Below the pieces are notes generated by a model. It did not search any database and was not told where the DNA came from. It saw only the letters and a program-made list of their open reading frames with translations. Below, one piece after another: positions 12,706 through 23,726 of a DNA stretch of 64,000 nt. The stretch's first letter is position 1, and every line of letters starts with the position of its first letter. Source of the stretch: Oculina patagonica (Eukaryota). A program made the position numbers and the translations under genes. The stretch is from positions 9,734,001-9,798,000 of the forward strand of contig NC_135761.1 in assembly GCF_052425735.1 (NCBI RefSeq), given 5' to 3'.

Positions 12706-13177
12706 CTAAGAAAAAATGGAATTTTTGTGGAGAAAGTAGAGAATTATAAATGATTGAATGACCAATGAGAACACTATACAAGAAACGATGACAGAAAAAA
12801 ACTGCGTGGACTCGAAATCAGACGCCATTTTCTATGCTCAACCTTAATTCAGCTTAGCTTTTGTTGGCCAATTGCACTTTCTATGTGAGATTGCCTTCGT
12901 TCAAAGCATGCGAATTCTAAACCCAAATATCTTTTTAACGGAGGGTTATATTATGTTTATCACAAATTTTGAAATATGTTTGTTTATCCTGTTTATCGTA
13001 TTTCGAATTAATAAATCTAAATTCTTAGGTTGAACATTACGTTTTTATCGAACTTTCACATGCACCTTCATGCACTACTCATAATCTTCCGTTCTCACTG
13101 CGCCATGGAATGCAAAGGTCCTCTTGCACTATTAACAACAATTAAAAAGGGCCGAGCTGATAATAAATATAACTTAC

Positions 13178-13342
13178 ATCATATTGGTTATGGGCCAGAT
13201 AGTCAAAAATTTCATTTTTTAAGTCACTTGCATCTCTTCCCAGTTGGAAAGCAGCTGCGTTGTAGAAGCAGTCACCGTCCCCTTCAGGGTCATAGGATTT
13301 TTCAAATCCATGTATCTCAATTCTTAAAGTTAGCAGGTCCAT
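13178..13342 (-). CDS. OTU-module exon 1, gene B (catalytic Cys)
   Basis: MDLLTLRIEIHGFEKSYDPEGDGDCFYNAAAFQL...NQYD|GTAAGT. An acceptor 25 nt upstream of the ATG (13368-13369) implies further 5' exons. Confidence 0.87.
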
Positions 13343-15899
13343 CTTGCTTTTCAGGTAAGCGCTGGATCTAAAAAAGAATAGCTTGTATGAAAAAAAACTA
13401 TGCCTGAAAAAGAATTTTAAGTGGTTGTCTACCTACATGACTTAATCCATTAGGGTTTATCCAATATATTTAACGGTAAACCTCTTTTATAATGATCTAA
13501 ATGAGGCAAGTTCATCGAAGGAGAGGAAATTGTCAGTAATCATAAGGTCAGATATCCAGTAGAATTCATCTAGTGCAGACATCCTCCAATTTCTTAAACG
13601 GCTATGCCGGTCATGATGGAAGTGACAGCTTATTGACAGCAGCACTGGTCGAAAAGTAACAATAGTAGAATTTAGTTGACACTTGAATTTGGGACCACTT
13701 AGTTTGATGTTTTAACCTGTGATATACCTCCACAGTGAAACGTGTTTAAGCTGTTATTACTCAAGGGAAATATTCCCATCGCGAGATTATTCGTTCGCCT
13801 CCACTTAAACAATGCACGAATAATGTATATGCGATGTGATACAACGAATTCGGTTAAGTATAGACAAAATTCAACGTATTGTTTTCTCTAGGGGAAAAAG
13901 ACAAGTTAACGAAGTAAATAATCAAAAAAGGTCAAAAAAGTTCCCTCCGTGGAAGGGATCCTCTCCTCACAAATGTAAAATGAAAATTTATAAATTCTTC
14001 CATCCTGGTACATTATGGAATCGTCGTCATCTCGTGAAACTAATATTGACTCTAAATTGTTATGTAAGTTGTCGCCATGAAGGGACGATAAATGTTAGTC
14101 ACCTTAACTTCTCAAACATTCCTCAGTCAATGCCGTTCATCAGTTGTCTTATTTAATGCAGTTTCATCTAGCTAAATGTTTGTGGATACTCTTGAAACAC
14201 TTTCTCAAAATGTCCACAGTAAGATACCATATCTGACATAAATAAATGTCTAAAAAAGGATTCGAGCTGAACGTGAGCTGAGGTAGTCACAGCTTCATTA
14301 ATAATGAATAATATGCTTGAGAACTTTGAGCTGAATTCTAATTACTTCTGATGCTGAATTCACTTGCAGAAAAATCAAGAAAAAAATAACTAAAACAGAG
14401 AGCTTTACCACTAAAACATTTGTAGACCTTGGGACGAAATGTTAATCACTCTTTTAATCACTTTCTTAAAATTATGAGTGTTAAAAACTTTTCGGGCGAA
14501 TAAAAAACGAGAAGCTTTCACGTTATAAAGTAGAAGAAAAAATAAATTGGTGTCAGAAAACAAACTTTATTGGCAGAAACTATTCTTGAACCTAAACAGA
14601 CGATTAACAGGCTTAAAAAATCTCATGGAACTAAAAACTGAAGCTAAAAACTACAGCACCTGAATGTTAACAAGTTTGATAAAACTATAGAACCGTGACA
14701 TTGGGATGACATAACTTCAATAATTGTTCAACAACAGTTTTACAGATACACTTTAACAGCATTCTGTTTGAAGGACATTTCTTCCCATGAAGTTTTATCT
14801 GGGGGATCATGTTATAACCTAATAATTTATCAGCACAAACAAGTTTCAATACGCTTACCTAGACCAGGCTTACACAGGGCTGTAGCATTTCTCCAAAATT
14901 AGTTCTGCGGCGTGGAACGACTAGCAACTGATGAGATTACGACTGTTATCAACCCTTCTGAAAAATAAATCACGTGCATGAGTTTATTAGCCAATCAATA
15001 CTGCTGGATTAAAATTTAACCATTATGTTATAGGGAACACCTTTCGGTTTCATTTTTGTTTTTCATTTTTCATTTTTGCATTTTGTAAAAAATTCTAGCG
15101 GCTTTGCTGGTTAAGCAGATATTACACAGAAAAGACGTTTTGTTGTAGAAAAGCTCGGTTAAGCTTGGAGATGTTTGTGGATACTTTTGAAACAAGTTGT
15201 TGGAAATGTCAAGATATTATGCTGACTGCGACGTGACCAAATAATTCCTAGAAAAGGACTCCAGCTGGGAACAGCTGAAATTATTGTACGAAAAAAAATT
15301 CCAGAACCTTCGCCAAAAATTGTCTCCATGAATAGGTTTATACAAGGGACGAATCGCAAGTTTTTCGTTTTTTTTGGTGGTGGTGATTTTCATTGATGCA
15401 TACGATAAAATGATGTTTGGTATACACCGTTTATGTTCATTGAATTTTTATCCTAAAACCTTATACGAGCTGATTAAGAATTAGACTAGAAAAAATATAC
15501 TTTTTAACGAGCATTTGCAAATTTCCAATAAAAAACTAAGATAGAAAGTATCTACTGGTAGATATAGAGCCTAAATAATGTTTTGTAATGATGGTCTCGA
15601 TGCAAGAACAGGCAACGAACTTGTCTGACAGGTTTTCTTTTGGGTCTCAATGCTGTTTCGTCAGTTAACAGGCCTAAACAGCTAGTAAACACGAAAAAAC
15701 AGATTAAAACATTGAAATGGTTCTGGATTCGCATAATCTTAAAAAAAGGTACCGATCTTTTTAATGCAAATTAAGATGCCAAGTCTGTGATATAGGCAGA
15801 TTCCAAGGAAAACAAGTTAAAACTAAAGACCACACATCTTTAATAATTGAAACAGTTTTAAAAAGATGCTTAAAGCGTGTAAGGTTGTTGGTGAATGCA

Positions 15900-17385
15900 A
15901 ATCCGTGGCACTTTCCGCCATTTCGTTTTTCGCTTGGTTAGTAGGGTTCGTAAAACTGAATGTCTCTTTATTTTATATTTTCCGTTCTCGATAGTGCGAT
16001 AAAGTTTTGAAAATTTTATCCTGTGCTTTATCCATTTTTTCTCTTTCCTTTTTATTAAATTATCATATTCCTTTTTCTGGTTCAATTTTATCCTTTTCTT
16101 TATTCCTTTTTCGATTTTTCATTTATCTTTTTTTCTTTTTTAGTTTTTCTTTATTTCTATTTTCCTTTTTCCTTTATTCCTTTTTCCTTAGTTCCGTTTT
16201 TCGTTTTACCTTTTTCCTTTTTACTATTTTCTTTTCTATTTATTTCTTTTTCTTTTCTCCTTTATTCTATCGTTGATTCAGAGGCATATTCTCAAACCCT
16301 TGTTATCGAGCAGCATGACACGTGTTCTAACCTCCTCTTCAACCGGCCACCATTCGTGTGACTTGCTCGAACGATGCTGTTTCATTTACTGAGAGTGAGG
16401 TATATCTGATAGATGGGTAAAGGTTTACCATCCACAACTTCAGAGATAATAATATTCTTGCGCCATTTCTAAGTTTAAACATGTTCTCTGCTTGACTTGA
16501 AAGTAAATTCCCGTCACGAGGGAAGCGACTGTTTCTTACTGCAGCTGGTTTCTCTCTTTTTGCCGCTTGTGCCGGCGGCCAAATAAGATGATTGGTACGA
16601 ATAACGATTTCCAAAGGGAACGGGTAACTTGTCGATGGGGTCGTGCTTGCCAGTTATTTGCTGTCCATGTACTTCGTATGTGACAGATTAAGGATAATAT
16701 GCCCGCAACATTGAAAACCATTGTGTCTGGATCGGGCATTACCACACTGTCATCACCGATTAGATAGATCGTTTCGGCCTGCAGGCTAAACACCTTGGAC
16801 AACACAGTAATCGTGCTATTATTAAGCTTTACTTTAAGAACTTGTTCTTTGCTTTGGACTTGCACAAAGTTCTTCACGTCAGAATTTGATCATGAAGACC
16901 ACTAGGCACCAAATGAAGCTCACATGGAAATGGCGAAAAATGGCGCGAAATTTGCGAGCAAAGGTTACTGGGTAAGCGATTGAAAGAAAAGAAAAAATGA
17001 CAGAAAGGAAAAGGAAAAAGGTAAAATGAAAAAGAAATACAGAAAAAGAAACAGGAAGAAAAAGAATAAAGAAAAAAGTAAAAAGGAAGAAGGTAAAATG
17101 AAAAAAGAAATAGAGAAAAAAAGAAAAAAGTTAAAGAGAAAAAGGAAAAAAGAAAAACAAAATATTGATAAAGGGAAAATAGAAATTTGAATAAAGAAAA
17201 GGGTAAAAGGATAAATGATTAGACGGTACTAGAAAAAAGAAATATGAAAAACGGAGAAAGCGCAGGATAAAATAAACAAAGATAATCCAACTATCGAAAA
17301 CAGAAAATATAAAATGAAGAGATATTCAATTTTACCAACCAAATGAATCAAACGAAAAACGAAATGGCGGAAAGTGCCACGGATT
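15900..17385. mobile_element. Unclassified non-autonomous DNA transposon with 5-bp TSD
   Basis: TIR aatccgtggcactttccgccatttcgttttt at both ends; ATGCA duplicated at 15895-15899 and 17386-17390; T-rich and A-rich sub-terminal tracts. Confidence 0.75.
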
Positions 17386-17461
17386 ATGCATACTCCTCTT
17401 TAAAACATTTAATGCCTCAATCAATACCGTTTATTAATATCTTACAAAATGCAGATACACT

Positions 17462-18490
17462 AATCCGTGAGCTTCATTTGGTGCCTAGTGGTCTTCATGA
17501 TCAAATTCTGACGTGAAGAACTTTGTGCAAGTCCAAAGCAAAGAACAAGTTCTTAAAGTAAAGCTTAACAATAGCACGATTACTGTGTTGTCCAAGGTGT
17601 TTAGCCTGCAGGCCGAAACGATCTATCTAATCGGTGATGACAGTGTGGTAATGCCCGATCCAGACACAATGGTTTTCAATGTTGCGGGCATATTATCCTT
17701 AATCTGTCACATACGAAGTACATGGACAGCAAATAACTGGCAAGCACGACCCCATCGACAAGTTACCCGTTCCCTTTGGAAATCGTTATTCGTACCAATC
17801 ATCTTATTTGGCCGCCGGCACAAGCGGCAAAAAGAGAGAAACCAGCTGCAGTAAGAAACAGTCGCTTCCCTCGTGACGGGAATTTACTTTCAAGTCAAGC
17901 AGAGAACATGTTTAAACTTAGAAATGGCGCAAGAATATTATTATCTCTGAAGTTGTGGATGGTAAACCTTTACCCATCTATCAGATATACCTCACTCTCA
18001 GTAAATGAAACAGCATCGTTCGAGCAAGTCACACGAATGGTGGCCGGTTGAAGAGGAGGTTAGAACACGTGTCATGCTGCTCGATAACAAGGGTTTGAGA
18101 ATATGCCTCTGAATCAACGATAGAATAAAGGAGAAAAGAAAAAGAAATAAATAGAAAAGAAAATAGTAAAAAGGAAAAAGGTAAAACGAAAAACGGAACA
18201 AAGGAAAAAGGAATAAAGGAAAAAGGAAAATAGAAATAAAGAAAAACTAAAAAAGAAAAAAAGATAAATGAAAAATCGAAAAAGGAATAAAGAAAAGGAT
18301 AAAATTGAACCAGAAAAAGGAATATGATAATTTAATAAAAAGGAAAGAGAAAAAATGGATAAAGCACAGGATAAAATTTTCAAAACTTTATCGCACTATC
18401 GAGAACGGAAAATATAAAATAAAGAGATATTCAGTTTTACGAACCCTACTAACCAAGCGAAAAACGAAATGGCGGAAAGTGCCACGGATT
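17462..18490. mobile_element. Inverted, internally deleted second copy of the 15900 element
   Basis: 17468-18490 is the near-identical reverse complement of 15900-16923, with identical 113-aa and 91-aa ORFs. The left end keeps only aatccgtg of the TIR. Confidence 0.8.
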
Positions 18491-20092
18491 TGTCCATAGT
18501 AAGATTCCTAAAATAAGAACATAAGTGAATTCCTAGAATAAAGGCCTCAAGTTGAGGTTGTCACAGCTTTATCAATATTTTAAGAGATGATTGAGAACTT
18601 TAGGGCGAGTCTTAGCTATTCCAAAACAAGATGCTGAATCTACTTTCAGAAAATTTCAGAAAAAATAAAACATGCTAAAGACCTTTAGGCGGAATTTTAC
18701 TAACTTTCTTGCTCGAAAACATTTTTATAAGTGCGAAAAAACCGTTTGGAGTTAGTAAAAATTAAAGCTTTAAGGTTGCAAGATAAAAGGAAAATAAATT
18801 GGTGTCAGAAAATAAAATCTTCTGGTAGAAATTATTCTTGAACCTAACGGGCTTAAAAAATTCCATGAAACAAAAATGTAGTAGCGATAGAATATTAACA
18901 GTACAATAAAACTGAAGACCTGTGACAATGGGCTGGAAAACGTGAATAATATTTCAACAGCAATATTACAGATAGACTTTAGCAGCATTCACCCATATTT
19001 CTTTTCGATTTTTTTTCTAAGGGGTCATGTTATTTTAATCTAAAAAGGGATCAGCACAAACAACTTTCAATACTCTTACCTTAACCAGGCTTACTCAGGG
19101 AGGTAGAATATCTAAAACGTAGTTCTGCGACAAAAGAACTACGACTATCAACTGATGAGATTTTGACTTTTATTAACCCTTCTGAAAAAAAAATTACGTG
19201 AGTTTATAAACCGATCAATACTACTAGAATAAAAACTATTCACCCTTCATTTTAATGTTTGCACTTTGTAAAAGATTTTATGCCGCTTTGCTGGTAAATT
19301 GATTATTATGTAGAAAGTTTCGACATTTAAGGAATAGTTTCTAAAAAAAGTAGTTAAAGATGGTCAATATAGATGCTAAATCTGAGATGAGCAAATTCAC
19401 AGAAAAGGAACTCAAGCTGAGGACAGCTATTATAATTGAAAACGTGTTCTAGACTTTTCACCGAAACTTAAAATACCCAGCCTCCTATTTCCACGAAAAT
19501 CTTCATAAGGCAAAGGAATCATAAGTTTTTGATATTCCGGGAACAAAAATTTAAACTAAAATGAGGAATGGGGAATGAAGAATTGAAGTTTTGTAAACTT
19601 CTACTGGCTCGACACTGGAGTAAACTATCCATACATCTTAGAAATGATGTGTGATACATACAGTACATGTATATGGCATTTATACCCCAAACCCTGACAA
19701 GAGCTGATAAAGAAGAATTCAAGAAAAAAGATTTAAAAAGATTAAAATTGAAACGTCCACAAACTTTTGATGAAAACGAGAAAAAATATTGAAAAGGATG
19801 TACACTTAAAAAGGTCTTTACTATGCAAATTAGGAAGCTAAGTCCAAAATATGAGCATATTACAAGAAAAAGTAATAATTCAGAAGCTAAAGAACACACA
19901 GCACAGAACACACATAACTTGAATAATTTACCAAGAATATGCTATCAATGAGCACGTCTGTAGCTTTGTGTCCAGGATATATTTCATTTTCTTGACTGAG
20001 GACTAATGTTACAATCTTACAAGTTATCAGCCCAACAAACGTTCAACATTCGTACGTACCAAAAGCGAACTTGTACTGACACAGTGTTGTAA

Positions 20093-21430
20093 GTGAGGTG
20101 AGGTGAGGTAAGGTTAAATCTTTAATTTAAGTTTCAACTTATTATGTCCGACTGGGCTAACTGGGACACTAAACAAGAATTCAAATAAACCCGTTAAAAT
20201 ACTTTAACATACATTAAACTATTTTATGTATGCAGCGCGGGACAGAGTGACATATACATGTACTCCAGTGTTAAAATGGGGTACATGTATTATGTCAGCG
20301 TGTCTGTCGCCATTCTTATTTCTATTTATAACATTTCTGCCAGCTTTTTATACTGAACTTGTCAAACACACTTTACTCTAAAAGATGACTTCTTGTTGTC
20401 TTTACGTTTTTACTTCAATTTTTAGGTGACGTGAGGTGAGGTGAGGTAAAAACCTTAGTTAACTGGGGAACTAAACAAGAATTCAAATAAACCCACAATA
20501 CTAAATACGTTAAACGATTTGATGTATGCTTGTCAACTCAGCGTGAGACAGAGTGACATATACATGTACTCCAGTATTAAAATGGGGTACATGTATTATG
20601 TCATCGTGTCTCTCGCCAATCTTAATTCCCTTATGGCATTTTTCCAGCTTTTTCTACCTAACTTGTCAAACACACTTTACTCTTAAAAAATGATTTCTTG
20701 TTGTCTTTACCTTTTTTACTTTACTTTTTAGGTGAGGTGAGGTAAAAACCCTTATTTTTAAAGCGTCAACGTATTAAGCTCGACTAGGCTAACTGGGGAC
20801 ACTAAACAATAATTCAAATATACCCGTTAAAATACTTTAACATGTGTCAAACTATTTGATGTATGCTTGTCAACTCAGCACGAGACAAAGTGACATATAC
20901 ACGTACTCCACTAACTCCAGTGTTAAAATGGGGTACATGTATTATGTCAGCGTGTCTGTCGCCATTCGTATTTCCATTTATAACAATTCTACCAGCTTTT
21001 TATACTGAACTTGTCAAACACACTTAATTCTAAAAGATGACTTCTTGTTGTCTTTACGTTTTTATTTCAATTTTTAGGTGAGGTGAGGTCAGGTGAGGTC
21101 AGGTCAGGTAAAAACCCTAATTTTTAAAGCGTCAACGTATTAAGACGACTAGGCTAATTGGGGACACTAAACAAAAATTCAAATAAACCCGTTACAATAC
21201 TTAAAAATACGTTGAACTATTTGACGTAGGCGGGTCATGTAAGCGTGAGACAAAGTGACATATACATATACACCAGTATAAAATGGGGCACATGTATTAT
21301 GTCATCGTGTCCCTCGCGATTCTTAATTCCATTTATGGCATTTTTCCAGCTTTTTCTAATTAACTTGTCAAACACACTTAACTCAAAAAAATGACTTTTT
21401 GTTGACTTACCGTTTTACTTAACTTTTAGG
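20093..21430. repeat. Tandem repeat of 4 units, ~305-365 bp each
   Basis: Each unit: (gtgag)n ... gggacactaaacaagaattcaaataaaccc ... hairpin tgacatatacatgtac/gtacatgtattatgtca ... cttgtcaaacacact ... tttttag. Confidence 0.9.
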
Positions 21431-22229
21431 TCCCTTCTTCTGAAGTGACAAGTTCTTGGCCTTTCCTATGTTAAATATTGTATTGTATAACTATTCCTTT
21501 CTTCAAAGCGTATTTAATTATGTTTGTGTACGTGTGCCATATGAAACAATTGAAATGGCCTCGAAAATGTCCGATACCAAATTTGTGTGAAAAATTCATG
21601 TCGAAAACTGCCAACGATTACGAACTACGCGTTGGAACTAACCTCGGAAATTTTTGAAACCGACGTATAATTCGAAATGGTTTCGTAATTTTCTGCGACC
21701 GCATTTAGCAGAAATAGTGTCAGAAATTTCTGAAGGCACGTTCACTAGAAATGGTGACTATCTGGGAAATTTTTTACAATTCGGATAACTTAAAATAGGT
21801 TTGGAAATTTTCGAAACCACGTTAGCTTAATATACATAGTTTCATAAATTTTTGAACCCGAAGGTTTATTTTAATGTTTTGAAAAATTTCCTTGACCACA
21901 CTAATAAGAGATGGACCCAGAAATTTCTGAAACAAAACATTACCAAAGAATTTGTGATTTAGGAAAAAATTGGTATCAGATACTATGGAAAACGTTTGAG
22001 TTGTCAAAAACGGAAAATATTAAGGTTAGTTTAATAGAAAGTGGACGCTACCAGGAAAAAAGACACTGTTTAAAGAAATTTTAGACGGATTCTCTTATTT
22101 AGTCTAACAATTCAAACAATTGTCAAATTTCAGAAGAACTTCTCTCTCTTTGAAACACTCCACTTGAGTTTGAAACGTGGTCTAACTAAAGCAAGTGAGT
22201 AAATTAATAATCGTTACTGGAATGGTTAA

Positions 22230-23726
22230 GGTGACTCGATCAAAATAAATGACGTGCTGTATGACTGTCAAAAATGTCCAACAACTTCACCATTCCTGAC
22301 TCGATTTCCTTCACACTTTCGCATTTTACTCGAAATTTATCGAAGAATAATACGCACGTCAATATGGTGATGTAATTATCGTGAGTTTTGCGCGATGTTA
22401 ACTTTATTGAACACACCTATTTGGATAAAACTGCTATTTACAGAAAGTTGAGCGCTAGGATTTCGTTTAAACTACTGCAATTAGCTCATTATAACATCTT
22501 ATTATGACTCTCCAAGTTTCCGAGAAATCGTCGGAACAGAAACCTCGATACAATTTGATCATCAAAAAGTTAATCTCGAGCAAACTTCGAGGCTGGGAAT
22601 GCTCCAGCGCTTCCACATTTCGCCCAAAAGTACCATAACCGAAGACAAAGAAAGTTCAATTCATCAGGTTTGTTAGCTCCAAATCACATTTAGCTATTTG
22701 CAGCGATGAAAAAGTTTGAGCAAATACTATAAACTCACCATTTGCGCCAAAATGTAGGAAGGTCGCCAAATTAACGTTTTTCTCATTACATGAAAACTAA
22801 CCGTACGAATTGCTTAAAACCACCAGACCATTAAATTGAACATCTTACACAAACTTTGCGCTACTTTACGTTTCTGGAGCTGCCTTTATATGGACGAATT
22901 AATTTTTAAAGTGAAGCACCCCCCTTATCCATGTGCAAATTTTTCAAATTCTTATAAATTCCAAGGAAATTTGCATAGCGTTAGCTGCAGAATCTAAACA
23001 ACAACATAGCCGTGTTCACAATAGGGTTGGAGTAGTGCTTCACTTTAAAACATTATTTCATCCAAATCAAGGCAGCTCCAGAAACGTAAAGCAGCGCAAA
23101 GTTTGCGTAAGATGTTTAATTTAATGGTCCGGTTGTTTTAAGCAATTCGTACGGTTAGTTTTCATGTAATTTAGAAAAACGTTAATTTGGCGACCTTCCT
23201 ACATTTTGGCGCAAATGGTGAGTTTATAGTATTTGCTCAAACTTTTTCATCGCTGCAAATAGGTGAATGTGATTTAGAGCTAACAAAACTGATGAATTGA
23301 ACTTTCTTTGCCGCCGGTTATGGTACTTTTGGGCGAAATGTGGAAGCGCTGGAGCATTCCCAGCCTCGAAGTTTGCTCGAGATTAACTTTTTGATGATCA
23401 AATTGTATCGAGGTTTCTGTTCCGACGATTTCTCGGAAACTTGGAGAGTCATAATAAGATGTTATAATGAGCTAATTGCAGTAGTTTAAACGAAATCTTA
23501 GCGCTCAGTTTTCTGTAAATAGCAGTTTTATCCAGATAGGTGTGTTCAATAAAGTTAACATCGCGCAAAACTCACGATAGTTACATCGCCATATTGACGT
23601 GCGTATTATTCTTCGATAAATTTCGAGTAAAATGCGAAAGTTTGAAGGAAATCGAGTCAGAAATGGTGAAGTTATTAGACATTTTTGACAGGCATACAGC
23701 ACGTCATTTATTTCGATCGAGTCACC
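22230..23726. mobile_element. Non-autonomous DNA transposon with ~655-bp TIRs and TTAA TSD (Kolobok-like)
   Basis: TTAA|ggtgactcgatc ... gatcgagtcacc|TTAA; 22230-22885 pairs with 23070-23726. Superfamily inferred from TTAA plus GG termini only. Confidence 0.8.

Noticed and set aside
15870-18499. Phe-rich and Lys-rich ORFs as membrane or basic proteins
   Set aside because: They come from the T/A-rich sub-terminal tracts of a transposon.
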